DNA of 64,000 nt from Deltaproteobacteria bacterium (GTDB lineage: Bacteria > JAGRBM01 > JAHCIT01), in contig JAHCIT010000002.1 in the NCBI GenBank assembly GCA_026129095.1, forward strand, positions 450,530-514,529, in the 5' to 3' direction. Of this stretch, positions 1 to 10,100 are shown in pieces. The translations under genes were made by a program, and so were the position numbers. Position 1 is the stretch's first letter; each line of letters begins with the position of its first letter. Under the pieces are notes generated by a model, which worked only from the letters and a program-made list of their open reading frames with translations, did no database searches and was not told the DNA's origin.

Positions 1-2
1 GG

Positions 3-284
3 TTCCGTTCAGGCGAGCGGGCATTTTTCTTCCTGCGCCGGGCTGCGGGCAGGTGGATCGTGATCGGGCTGTCCCAGGGGGCGCGTCCGGTTTACCGGAA
101 CCTGAATGGCGATCTGGTCGTGGAGGCTGCTCCCATTGACCAGATCCGGACAGCTTCCGGCACTGCAGCCGATGCCGTCGGCTCGCCTCTGGAAGCATTC
201 CGCAATCAGGTCCGTTCATTGATTGAACAGGCCCACCGCACCCGCGAAGCGGGGCGCCGCCAGGACAGTCCAAAGCCCGATTGA
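3..284 (+). CDS. 3' end of a hypothetical protein (partial, starts before the window)
   Basis: Frame open from base 3 (FRSGERAFFFLRR...VIGLSQG) to TGA at 284; the F-x-x-GE-x3-FL...GLxQG pattern resembles exported hypothetical proteins. Confidence 0.5.
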   Translation, partial: FRSGERAFFFLRRAAGRWIVIGLSQGARPVYRNLNGDLVVEAAPIDQIRTASGTAADAVGSPLEAFRNQVRSLIEQAHRTREAGRRQDSPKPD

Positions 285-388
285 CCACCGGGCCATCCGA
301 CACTATCTCCCCGGAACTTGCTGCCCCTGACTGCCCTGTGCTCCTTCTGGCGCCAGAGGCACATGCCGGGCCGGGGAGATGAACTGTC

Positions 389-1963
389 GTGACGGATCGT
401 CTGGCGTTGCTGTCGGTATCAGACAAGGCGGGACTGGTGGAATTCGCAAGGGAGCTGAACAGCCTTGGCTGGAAGCTGCTCTCCACCGGCGGCACTGCCC
501 GCACCCTTCGTGATGCAGGACTCAAGGTTACTGACGTGTCGGATTACACGGGCTTTCCGGAAATGATGGACGGGCGGGTGAAGACCCTGCATCCGAAGAT
601 TCATGGCGGCCTGCTCGGTCGCCGGAGTGTTCCTGCCCACACGGATGCGATGAAAGCCAATGGGGTCACGCCCATCGACCTCGTGTGCGTGAATCTCTAC
701 CCATTCGAACAAACAGTGGCCCGCCTTGGTGCAACGCTGGACGAGGCGATCGAGAACATCGACATCGGCGGCCCCTCAATGCTCCGCTCGGCCGCCAAAA
801 ACAGCGAAGACGTGACTGTCATCTGTGATCCCATCGATTACGACATCGTGTGCCGTGAACTGAAATCGAACGGAAACCGGACCAGCAGGGAAACCCGGTT
901 CCGCCTTGCCGTCAAGGCCTACCAGCATACGGCCGCCTATGATGCAGCAATTTCCAACTGGCTGGCGCAAAAAATTGACGGCGAAAGCACCCGCTTCCCC
1001 TCGCAGCTGACCGTGCCGCTGGTTCGTGTCAGGGAACTTCGCTACGGCGAAAATCCACACCAGAAGGCCGCCCTATACCGGGAAAAAAGCCCAGGACCCT
1101 ATTCGCTGGCGGCGGGTGAGGTTCTCCAGGGCAAAGAGCTCTCCTACAACAACTGGCTGGACCTGCACGCTGCCCTTGAGCTGGTGCGTGAGTTCATCCC
1201 TCCAGCCGTGTCGATCATCAAGCACAATAACCCCTGTGGATGCGCCACCGCCAGCGAACTGAGCGAAGCCTACCGCAAGGCCCATGAAGCCGACCCGGTG
1301 AGCGCATTCGGGGGTATCGTGGGCCTGAATCGCGAAGTGGATGGTCCGGCCGCCCGCCGGATGTCCGAGATATTCCTTGAGTGCGTTGTTGCACCGAATT
1401 TTTCCGCTGAGGCGCTGGAGATCCTTTCAGCCAAAAAGAATCTCCGCCTCGTCCGTGTGCCATTTCCGCCGGTTCCAGACGGTGCAGCCTCTACAGCCGG
1501 AATCGGTTCATACGAATTCCGGCGGATAAGCGGCGGCATGCTGGTCCAGGACTGGGATACCGCAGATGCCCCTGAAGCAGACTGGAAGGTAGTCACTAGG
1601 CGCCCACCCTCCGAGGCCGAACGCCGGGCCCTTGCCTTCGCATGGAAAGTCTCCAGGCACGTGAAGTCGAACGCCATCGTACTCGCCCGTGACGGACAGC
1701 TCGTCGGGACTGGCGCTGGCCAGATGAACCGGGTGGATTCGGCCCGGCTTGCAGTGGAACGGTCTGTGCTAGGGACGAAGGATGTCGTCTGTGCATCGGA
1801 TGCCTTTTTCCCGTTTCCTGACGGTCTTGAAACCGTCGCTCGTGCCGGCGCTACTGCCGCCATCCAGCCCGGAGGAAGCGTTCGCGACGACGAGGTGATT
1901 CGCGCAGCTGATGCGGCAGGCATGGCGATGGTATTTACCGGTTTCCGCCATTTCCGCCATTGA
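389..1963 (+). CDS. purH: Bifunctional AICAR transformylase / IMP cyclohydrolase
   Basis: ALLSVSDKAG, GRVKTLHP, IENIDIGGP, LRYGENPHQ, KHNNPCG, ASDAFFPF and C-terminal RHFRH; GGGGAG SD at 373-378. Confidence 0.97.
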   Translation: MTDRLALLSVSDKAGLVEFARELNSLGWKLLSTGGTARTLRDAGLKVTDVSDYTGFPEMMDGRVKTLHPKIHGGLLGRRSVPAHTDAMKANGVTPIDLVCVNLYPFEQTVARLGATLDEAIENIDIGGPSMLRSAAKNSEDVTVICDPIDYDIVCRELKSNGNRTSRETRFRLAVKAYQHTAAYDAAISNWLAQKIDGESTRFPSQLTVPLVRVRELRYGENPHQKAALYREKSPGPYSLAAGEVLQGKELSYNNWLDLHAALELVREFIPPAVSIIKHNNPCGCATASELSEAYRKAHEADPVSAFGGIVGLNREVDGPAARRMSEIFLECVVAPNFSAEALEILSAKKNLRLVRVPFPPVPDGAASTAGIGSYEFRRISGGMLVQDWDTADAPEADWKVVTRRPPSEAERRALAFAWKVSRHVKSNAIVLARDGQLVGTGAGQMNRVDSARLAVERSVLGTKDVVCASDAFFPFPDGLETVARAGATAAIQPGGSVRDDEVIRAADAAGMAMVFTGFRHFRH

Positions 1964-1988
1964 TGCAGGTACGGCTAGCGCTCCAGAC

Positions 1989-4541
1989 GTGAAACTGTTT
2001 GCCGGCTTTTCAAGACTGTTTCCCCTGTGGGTCATCCTTGGATCTGCAGCCGCTTTTGCCGTACCAGAGCTGGTTCTCCCCGCTGCACCCCTGCTCCGTG
2101 GCCTGTTCATCGCCACCATGTTCTGCACCGGCATGGTGCTGCACGAATCCGAGCTGAATGAAATCCGGCGGAATCCGTGGCCCGTGGCTGGCGGTGTCTC
2201 GCTCCAGTTTCTCATCATGCCGCTGGCGGCATTTGCCATCTCCCGGCTGCTGCCTCTGGAGCCGATAGACCAACTGGGCCTCATTCTGGCCGGTGCGGTC
2301 CCCGGAGCGATGGCCAGCAACACGATCACCTATCTCGCCGGCGGGGACGTGGCCTTTTCCGTGGCGATGACCGTTGTATCAACAGCACTGGCACCAGTCC
2401 TGACGCCACTGCTGACCGGCTTCTATTCCGGTACGGCTGTATCTCTGGACACCGGCAGCATGATGTTCGATATTTTTCTGACAGTCGTACTGCCGGTCGC
2501 GGCTGGCTACACCCTTCGGTACTTTTTCACGGAACAGGTGGTACAGATAGAGCCTGTCCTGGCGTCTGCCAGCGTTTTTTCGATAACTGGAATCATCGCG
2601 ATTGTCACCGCGCAGAATGCAGGGCGTATTGTCAGTGTTGGTGCGATGGTGATCCTTGCAGTCATCCTGGTAAACGGAACGGGATATCTCCTGGGCTATC
2701 TGGGAGCTCGTCTGGGTGGGCTTGACCGCAGGCGGCGGCTGACCGTGGCCATTGAGATCGGCATGCAGAACGCGGGGCTTTCCACTGTGCTGGCGAGCCG
2801 GTATATCTCTCCTGAGGCGGCTCTGGCCGGGTCGTTTTATACTGTCTGGTGCGTTATCACCGGATCACTGCTCTCCCCCTTCCGCCGGGAAGCCGCAGCT
2901 GACCGGCAGATTGCAGAACTGGCGGCCACTGCCCAGGAGAAACCTGTTCGAATGAGCGATAACACTGAGGATGACAATGGATCCACGGCCCAGCCGGCTG
3001 GCCCACGCCGGCCCATCAACTTGCCGGGAAATCCTGTAATTCTGGAGCGGAGCGAGCATCCGGTTTCACGCAAGTCGATCTCGCCAGAGGCCCAGAAAGT
3101 CCTTTACCGGCTGAGATCAGAAGGGTACCGGGCGTTTCTCGTCGGTGGATCGGTGAGGGATCTTCTACTTGGCCGCAAGCCCAAGGATTTCGACGTTGCC
3201 ACTGACGCTTCCCCCCGGCAAGTGGCCCGGCTGTTCCGGAATGCACGGGTAATCGGCCGCCGTTTCCGGGTAGTCCATGTCCGGTTCGGCCGGGACACAG
3301 TGATCGAGGTCGCCACATTCCGCGCTACCCCCAAACCCGGTCAAGGCGATGACGAGCAGCAGGTTGCCGAGGAATTTGCCGGAAACGAAGCCGACGAATT
3401 CATGCATGACAATGCCATGGCTTCAGCTCCGATTGGCGATGACCTGGATGATGAGCCGACCGAAACGGATGCGCTCAGAATCGTGGCGGAAGCCGCCCAT
3501 GCAGACGAAGAAGATGACGATACTGAGGACGAAAGCAATGTTGAGGATCATTCTACGGGAGTTCAGGAGCGGCGGCCGCGCCCCCCGTTGCCGCACAGGG
3601 AAACAGGCGAGAACCCGCATCTACAGTGGGACGATAACGTCTTTGGCACCGCTGAAGAGGATGCATTCCGGCGCGATCTTTCCATAAACGGCCTTTTCTA
3701 CGACATCGATTCGTTTTGCGTGATTGATTACGTAGGCGGTCTCGATGATCTCAGACATCGTCTTATCCGTACCATTGGAGATCCGAATGTCCGGTTTCTT
3801 GAAGATCCTGTCCGGATGATCCGCGCCATCCGCCATGCGGCGCGTGTCGGGTTCCGGATAGAGGACAACACATGGGAGGCAATCAAGATTCACCACGAGC
3901 AGATCAAGAACTGCTCAAGGGCCCGCGTGCTGGAGGAGTTCCTGCGCGAGCTTTCCCGGGGAAGCTCACACGCCTCGCTGACACTGCTTGAGAAAACAGG
4001 GCTTCTGCGCGATATTCTTCCGCCGCTGGCCGATGCCCTTGGCCCCTGTCCCGGAGAAAACGATCACCAGAAGCGGGCCTGGCGGCGGTTTGAAGTGGCC
4101 GATCAGTGTTACCAGCGCGGCGAGCTCCCTGAGGAACTCGCCTATACTGTCGCCGTGGCTCCCTATAATGACGATCTCGTAGATGCCATATCCAGCCCCG
4201 ATTTCGATGTAGGGCGGCTGCCCGGTGTGCTAACGCAGGCCGGAGAACGAATTGGGGAGATCAACCGGCGGCTGGCCGTACCACGCCGGCTCGGCATCCC
4301 GGCTGTGAATATCTATCTGAATTTCATGCTTCTCCGCCGGGGCCTTGGTACCGGACGCATGAATGCCCGGCTCGTCACGAGTCCCCAGCGGATGCAGCAG
4401 TGCTATCCGCTCTATACAATCGATGCGCTGGCCCGCGGCGAACAGCCGCAAACCATTGATGAATTCCTGAACATGCCCCGCCAGAAAAAGCGTAGCAGCA
4501 ACCGGCGGCGCCCCGGCCGCCGAGGTTCATCCGGCCACTGA
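1989..4541 (+). CDS. Bile acid:Na+ symporter (BASS) domain continuing in frame into poly(A) polymerase I
   Basis: About 9-10 hydrophobic segments with BASS motifs (QFLIMP, PGAMASN, EIGMQNAGL); no stop before the PcnB moiety. GTG 1989 chosen as start; the ORF-track start at 1911 overlaps purH. Confidence 0.8.
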   Translation: MKLFAGFSRLFPLWVILGSAAAFAVPELVLPAAPLLRGLFIATMFCTGMVLHESELNEIRRNPWPVAGGVSLQFLIMPLAAFAISRLLPLEPIDQLGLILAGAVPGAMASNTITYLAGGDVAFSVAMTVVSTALAPVLTPLLTGFYSGTAVSLDTGSMMFDIFLTVVLPVAAGYTLRYFFTEQVVQIEPVLASASVFSITGIIAIVTAQNAGRIVSVGAMVILAVILVNGTGYLLGYLGARLGGLDRRRRLTVAIEIGMQNAGLSTVLASRYISPEAALAGSFYTVWCVITGSLLSPFRREAAADRQIAELAATAQEKPVRMSDNTEDDNGSTAQPAGPRRPINLPGNPVILERSEHPVSRKSISPEAQKVLYRLRSEGYRAFLVGGSVRDLLLGRKPKDFDVATDASPRQVARLFRNARVIGRRFRVVHVRFGRDTVIEVATFRATPKPGQGDDEQQVAEEFAGNEADEFMHDNAMASAPIGDDLDDEPTETDALRIVAEAAHADEEDDDTEDESNVEDHSTGVQERRPRPPLPHRETGENPHLQWDDNVFGTAEEDAFRRDLSINGLFYDIDSFCVIDYVGGLDDLRHRLIRTIGDPNVRFLEDPVRMIRAIRHAARVGFRIEDNTWEAIKIHHEQIKNCSRARVLEEFLRELSRGSSHASLTLLEKTGLLRDILPPLADALGPCPGENDHQKRAWRRFEVADQCYQRGELPEELAYTVAVAPYNDDLVDAISSPDFDVGRLPGVLTQAGERIGEINRRLAVPRRLGIPAVNIYLNFMLLRRGLGTGRMNARLVTSPQRMQQCYPLYTIDALARGEQPQTIDEFLNMPRQKKRSSNRRRPGRRGSSGH
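2952..4541 (+). CDS. pcnB: Poly(A) polymerase I moiety with its own probable start
   Basis: LVGGSVRDLLLG, KDFDVAT, PAP-specific VIGRRFRVVHV, EVATFR, EEDAFRRD, RFLEDPVRMIRA, Arg-rich C-tail; AGGAGA at 2935-2940 precedes ATG 2952. Confidence 0.9.
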   Translation: MSDNTEDDNGSTAQPAGPRRPINLPGNPVILERSEHPVSRKSISPEAQKVLYRLRSEGYRAFLVGGSVRDLLLGRKPKDFDVATDASPRQVARLFRNARVIGRRFRVVHVRFGRDTVIEVATFRATPKPGQGDDEQQVAEEFAGNEADEFMHDNAMASAPIGDDLDDEPTETDALRIVAEAAHADEEDDDTEDESNVEDHSTGVQERRPRPPLPHRETGENPHLQWDDNVFGTAEEDAFRRDLSINGLFYDIDSFCVIDYVGGLDDLRHRLIRTIGDPNVRFLEDPVRMIRAIRHAARVGFRIEDNTWEAIKIHHEQIKNCSRARVLEEFLRELSRGSSHASLTLLEKTGLLRDILPPLADALGPCPGENDHQKRAWRRFEVADQCYQRGELPEELAYTVAVAPYNDDLVDAISSPDFDVGRLPGVLTQAGERIGEINRRLAVPRRLGIPAVNIYLNFMLLRRGLGTGRMNARLVTSPQRMQQCYPLYTIDALARGEQPQTIDEFLNMPRQKKRSSNRRRPGRRGSSGH

Positions 4542-4577
4542 CTTATCCAGCCGCACCGCACTTTCCTTCGTAATGTC

Positions 4578-4814
4578 ATGCCCAAGATCATTCACGAATA
4601 CCATCTGGTTGACATGCCCAAGCGGCGGATCCTCGAATTCCGGAAGCATGGGGCGAAGGTTTACAAGATATGTGAGAATCCGGATTGCGACTGGTGTGAG
4701 CAGTACGTGGAGATCATTTCCGACAGCGAGTTCATGACCTATTGCCTGCGTTGCGCGAGGAAAATACTTCGCTACGGTGTTGAAACCTCGGAAAATCCTG
4801 ATCTGGATCCCTGA
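4578..4814 (+). CDS. Small Cys-rich (zinc-ribbon-like) hypothetical protein
   Basis: CENPDCDWC and CLRC; fills the gap between pcnB and a convergent gene. Confidence 0.6.
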   Translation: MPKIIHEYHLVDMPKRRILEFRKHGAKVYKICENPDCDWCEQYVEIISDSEFMTYCLRCARKILRYGVETSENPDLDP

Positions 4815-4819
4815 AGATT

Positions 4820-7063
4820 CTATTCCGGTAGAGGTGGCAAGTCGGTCGCAGGCGGGGGTATGCCCGGTTCGGCGGGACGAACCGGTTCGGGTGGAGGTGG
4901 AGGGGGCAAAGCCGGTTCTGCCGGAGGGGGCGGCGGCGCTGCCGGAGCCGGTGCTGGTACTGGCGGAGCCGGCTCCGAGGCAGGAGTTTCGGCCTGCTGG
5001 CTTCCGGACCTGGTCCCTTCGCGTATTTTCTCGATCGCCTTCCGTGCCCTGGTCTCTCGTGGATTTTCGATCAGTGCCGTATCGTACTGGGCAACTGCCG
5101 CTTTCAGGTCACCTGTGAGACGGAACATTTCCCCCCGGTAGAAATGGGCCTGGCTGCGAAGCGTGGGGCTAAGCTGCCCACGGTAGACTGTCATCAGCAG
5201 TTCAAGATTGGCCGTCGCTTCGGCATATTTCTGGTCCTTGACGAGCTGTTCGGTGGAAATAAAGAGATCCTGGACCTCCCTGTCCGAAAGTTTCGGAGGC
5301 TCTTTCTGAGCGGCGGGATCAGGTGGCAAATCCCTCAGTAACAGTTTCTGTCCAACGGCACGGGCACGGACATGGGAGGGACTGATAGCCAGTGTTTCGC
5401 GCACCTGCACTTCTGCAGCCTCAAGATCCTGTCCAGCTGCCGTGTAACGGTTCGCCAGTTCCGCACGGGCCGCAGCAAAGCGTGGCTCCAGCTCAATCGC
5501 CTTCAAATAGTGGTCCATCCCAGCCGGATCCGACAGTTTGGCCAGCCCCTGAAGGTAGTGGACAAATGGATCGTTGGGACTCCGCGCACCTTCTTCACCT
5601 GCGATTTTCTGGGCCTCGGTAAATCTCCGGGCAAGCAGCAATCCAGTCACAACTGCATTCCGGCTGGCCAGCGGGGCGGAGGTGATCTGCGCCAGGTTTT
5701 CTACTGCCGTCAGGGCGCTATCCGCATAGGAACTGTCACCCTGGGAAAGGGCGGAAAACGCCTGTATCATCTTCACCAGTGCCGTGATTTCGCGTGGCGT
5801 GTCTTCCGTACCTGTCAGCGGATCCAGTACGGCAAGTGCCGCGGCATATGCGTCAGGAGTATCGGGAAGCATCGCCATGAGCGCTTCCGACACCGGCTGA
5901 AGATAGGGATTGTCGCCTTCCAGTCTGGGAACATAGTTCTCAGCGTACGGCCGCTGGGCCCGCTCGGCCTGGCTGGCCCGCAACTGCTGCTGAAGCAGTG
6001 CCTGTTGCCGGGCGATGCGCTCGGCATCCCGCATATCCGGCGGCTGGTATTCCGGTTTCAGAATGGCAACAACCGGTTCAAGCACCGGCCGGGCCGGGCC
6101 GGCGAAAAAGCGATCCAGAAGATCATCCTTGGGAAGCACCACGGCATAAAACACGCCGCCAGCCGCCAGAACCAGCAATACCAGGCCAATCGCTGCCGTC
6201 AGCACAAGGCTCCCGCCCTTTGGCGCAGATGGGGCCTCTTCGTCGAGACTGTCGAGCTCAAAGCCCAGCGTTGCCGGCTTACGTGGAGACTGCTGTGCGG
6301 GTGGCGACAGCCTGATGTTTTCAGGCACAGGTTCTGGAGCTGAAGCCGGAGCCGGAGCCGGTGGCTTGGAAACCGGCGTAACTGCATCCGGATCCGGAGC
6401 AAGACCCAGCAGCGGAGCAATTTCTATGAATTTCTGTGGCGGAGCCCAGTCCGAGCCGTCGCGAGAATAGGTGTCGCGTGCCCCAATCCGCTCATTGGAT
6501 ATCCAGGACTGGACTGTATTCAGATCCGCAGGACCGTATATCAGGCCAAGACCCTGCTTCTTGACGCGCCATTTGGCACCGGAATCTTTTACAGGTGCAG
6601 CGACGGCCGTCTTGGCAGCGGCTGGAGCCGCCGGAGCTGGTGATGGCTTGGCCGGGGGTGGGGTTGCCGGAGCGGCAGGCTTTGGCTGTGGCGGCACTTT
6701 TACCAGATCATTCAGCGTCTCCGAATATATGGGTGCCTTGCCCCCCCCAGAGTTTTGGGGTGACTCGCTGGAGGCACTGTCCGCCATCGGAATTGGCTGC
6801 TCATCGACCATTGAACTGCTCATCGGAGCCGATTTTGCACCGCCATGAATCGGATCATCATCGGATCGGGGAGTGGACGGCTTTGCCGCGGGTACAGTCT
6901 TTGCTGGAGGCGGGGCTGATGCTTCGCCATCAACTGCCTTGCGCTTGACCACAAAAACATTGGAGCAGCTGCTGCAACGGACTTTCGTTCCCTGTGGAGA
7001 AAGTTTCTGCGGGTCCAGATTGTACTGGGCGCTGCATTTCGGACATTTCACCCGCATCGCCAT
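4820..7063 (-). CDS. MJ0042-type zinc ribbon + GYF_2 + single TM + TPR membrane protein
   Basis: CPKC...CSSC N-terminus, WRVK...YGP...W GYF-like domain, TM (LVLTAAIGLVLLVLAAGGVFYAVVL), TPR repeats, Pro-rich tail; start moved to ATG 7063 (GAGGGAG SD). Confidence 0.85.
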   Translation of the reverse strand: MAMRVKCPKCSAQYNLDPQKLSPQGTKVRCSSCSNVFVVKRKAVDGEASAPPPAKTVPAAKPSTPRSDDDPIHGGAKSAPMSSSMVDEQPIPMADSASSESPQNSGGGKAPIYSETLNDLVKVPPQPKPAAPATPPPAKPSPAPAAPAAAKTAVAAPVKDSGAKWRVKKQGLGLIYGPADLNTVQSWISNERIGARDTYSRDGSDWAPPQKFIEIAPLLGLAPDPDAVTPVSKPPAPAPASAPEPVPENIRLSPPAQQSPRKPATLGFELDSLDEEAPSAPKGGSLVLTAAIGLVLLVLAAGGVFYAVVLPKDDLLDRFFAGPARPVLEPVVAILKPEYQPPDMRDAERIARQQALLQQQLRASQAERAQRPYAENYVPRLEGDNPYLQPVSEALMAMLPDTPDAYAAALAVLDPLTGTEDTPREITALVKMIQAFSALSQGDSSYADSALTAVENLAQITSAPLASRNAVVTGLLLARRFTEAQKIAGEEGARSPNDPFVHYLQGLAKLSDPAGMDHYLKAIELEPRFAAARAELANRYTAAGQDLEAAEVQVRETLAISPSHVRARAVGQKLLLRDLPPDPAAQKEPPKLSDREVQDLFISTEQLVKDQKYAEATANLELLMTVYRGQLSPTLRSQAHFYRGEMFRLTGDLKAAVAQYDTALIENPRETRARKAIEKIREGTRSGSQQAETPASEPAPPVPAPAPAAPPPPPAEPALPPPPPPEPVRPAEPGIPPPATDLPPLPE

Positions 7064-7169
7064 TGGCCAACTACTCCCTCGTCTCACACGGACAACCAGC
7101 CTGCTAGCCGTCCGCAAACCCCTGAGTAGACGCCTTTTTAGCGCCCGCCCGCCTGAATACCAAATCCCG

Positions 7170-10100
7170 TTACCTGACGCCGAGCTGGGCCATTTCGGCT
7201 GGCTGGTACTTATGGCCGACGAGAATCCGGCGGATCTCATCCTCTCCCAGCCCCTGCCCGCGAATGGCTCCGATCACGTCCATTTTCCGTTTGTCGCTGA
7301 GCTGCGCGGTTTTGGCGAGTGCCCTGCTCCAGCTCGCTACGGCACCACGTGAATCATTCTTCTCATAAAGCAACGAATAGCCAATCTGGACATGGGCCTC
7401 ACCCAGGTTCGAATCATACCGGATAGCCTGCCGGCAGTGGCCTTCGCCGCCAACATAGTCCTGCTTGTCCATGGCGATCAGACACCGGTACAAGTGCGCC
7501 TTGGGAATTGCCGGTCTGATCGACAGTAACCGTTTCAGCGTCGCATCCGACTGGGCTGGGCGGTCAAGCTCGTCCCTTTCCACGTACCCCATGACCTGAA
7601 GCGCCTCAATCTGGATTTCGCCCAGAAGCTGCAGCCGGTCCGCTTCCCATTTCGGCCAGCGACGCGGGTGCCAGTCCAGAAACTGCTCTGCAAGCGGGGC
7701 CGTCTCGGGAACAATGGCGTATTTCTTCAGTGTACGGATTCGCTCCTCTTCCTGTGCAAGCTTTGGAAGAAGCTGCTCGTACATGGCATGGGCTTCACGC
7801 CATTTTTCCTGGCGGGTCAGAATCCGGGCTTTGGCGATATCAGGGTCGATAAATGGTGACCATCCCTGGGATTCATTGGCCTGAGCCTTGCGGATGGATA
7901 CATCAAGCTGCTGATTCGCCTGAGCATACTGGCGAAGTCCGGCCCACGCACGCCCCCACCAGTAGGCAATGATCGGATTCTCCCGGGCATAGTAGTCGGC
8001 CTTCGAAAACTCGCCGTTTGCCGCCTGGAACAGGGCATCGGCTTCCGGAACCGGGATGGCCTTGGCCTGTGCCACCAGCGTTTCCGCCTGAGCCAGCCGG
8101 GAACGGGCAATCCAGAAATAAACCTGGGGTTCCGATTTGCGGATGGCCAGTGCCTGATTCAGGTCAGCTACCGCCTCTTCGTAACGGCCGAGATAGAACT
8201 TCACGATCGCCCGCTCCACATAGAGCTGGGAATTCTGGTCGTCGGCCTTGAGCAGCTGGACCGCCTGATCGTATGCTGAAAGCGCGGCGGCGTAGTCGCC
8301 TATTTCCCACAGGAACTTGGCAAGCTGCTGATGGGTAGCAATGCGGAGGGGAGCAAGCTCCACCGCCTGCCGCGTCCTGGAAATGGCGTTGCTGCTTTCG
8401 CCCAGCTCCCAATAGGTGCGGCCGATGGCAACGAACGTCTCGGGGTTCTGGGGATCAAGCTCAATGGCACGATCGAAGGAAGCAAGTGCGTCCTGCGTAC
8501 GTCCCTGCGTGAGCTGAAGCTGGCCCAGCGAGACATAGGCGTCGGCATTCTGTGGATCGATGCCGATTACAGCCTCATACTCGATCTGGGCCAATTCGAC
8601 ACGCCCGGAACGGGCATATGCCTGCCCGAGCAGCACTCGCGCCGAAAGGTCTCCCGGATCCAGACGAATCGCCTCTTTCAGGGCTGCCTCACCCTTGTCG
8701 TTTTCACCGATGGCGAGGTGCGCCCGTCCAATCCGCTGATGAGCGGCCTGATAAGTCCGGTCAACCTTGATGGCCTCTGCATAGCTGATCAGGGCGTCCG
8801 AAACCTGCCCAGCGGCAAATAACGCATCTCCAACGATTGTTTTTGATTCCGCCGACGGGAACACCTGATCGGCCTCCCGCGCCTTGGCGAGCGCTGAACC
8901 TGCCTGGCCATCGGCCATTAACAGGGCGGCCCGAACCACCAATACCCGGGCGCGGAATGGCTTGACGGCGGCGAGAGGTATTTTTTCCACGGCATCAAGC
9001 AGCTCGACAGCCTGCCGGCTCTGATCGGGCATCCGGCGCAAAATGAATTGCGCTTTCATCAGACGCGGATAGACCGCGTTTGGCCGGGCCGAAATGGCCT
9101 TGTCGTATCCTTCCGAGGCCTGCGTATAATCTTTCTGAAGTTCGTGCAGCCGTGCCTGAACGATGAGAGCAAGCTGGTGTTCTCCTCCCACGGCAAACGC
9201 CTTGTCCAGGGCTGCCTGTGCGGCGGCAAACTGGTCCGGTTTCCCCAGCAGTGCATACGCCAGAGCTACCTGAGCGTCAGCCGACCCGGCAGCGACGGTG
9301 GCGGCATTCTGTGCGACTGCTATCGCCTCATCTGTCTTGCCTGCGACGCGAAGTACATGGGCAAAGGCAATCAGCGTATGCTCGGCGGTGGCATCGACGC
9401 CCTTCACCGCCTCGGCCATCGCCTGACCATCCGCCAGCTTCGTTCGTTCACCGAGCATTTCAGCCCAGAAGGCATAGAGTCTCGCCAGAAGGGCTGCCGC
9501 CTGAAAATTCGATGGGTTCTTCTGGATCGCCGTCTTGAGTTCCTTTTCGGCCTCGGGGAACTGTTCGACCAGCAGCGCGCTGACAATTGCCTCTGCCTTC
9601 TGCTGGGACTGACGGGAAACGGCTTCCCGCGATGACGTTACTGACTGGCGGCTGCTGACCAGTTCCCGAAGCTTGGCTGTATTCAGCTGGGAAAAGTCCA
9701 CTTCGCGCATCTGGTACCACCAGAATGCTCCGCCTGCGGCAATGGCAAGAACGACGACTCCAACAGCGACCTTTATGATCAGGCTGATATTGCCTGCCAT
9801 CCCTCCGCCGCCCAAGCCCGTCGCGCCAATGGCATCGGCATCGAAATTGAAACCGCCAGCTCCCGCTGCCTCGGCACTGGCCGTAGCAAGAAACTTTTCC
9901 AGATCGGTATTTTCGATATTGGGGATTTCCAGGAGAATGCGCACCGGAAGCCACGGGCCTTCGTCACGGGAAATCTCGTCCTTGACTCCGATCTTCTTGC
10001 TCTTGAGCAGATCCTTGATCTTGCCTATCGGGAAAGGCCCTGCGAGCTGGTCCTTGGCATTCTTGACCTTGTACTGGCCGGCGGCCACCGCAACCGTGTC

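Noticed and set aside
285..388. Canonical ZMP/ZTP riboswitch before purH
   Set aside because: The conserved GACUGGCG and CGCCUGGGC elements are not present; only the anti-SD pairing is reported.
5372..6343. Long shadow ORFs (e.g. 5372-6343 +, 19393-20436 -, 36280-37011 -, 54392-55231 +)
   Set aside because: They overlap well-supported genes, have no recognisable motifs and are expected in high-GC DNA.
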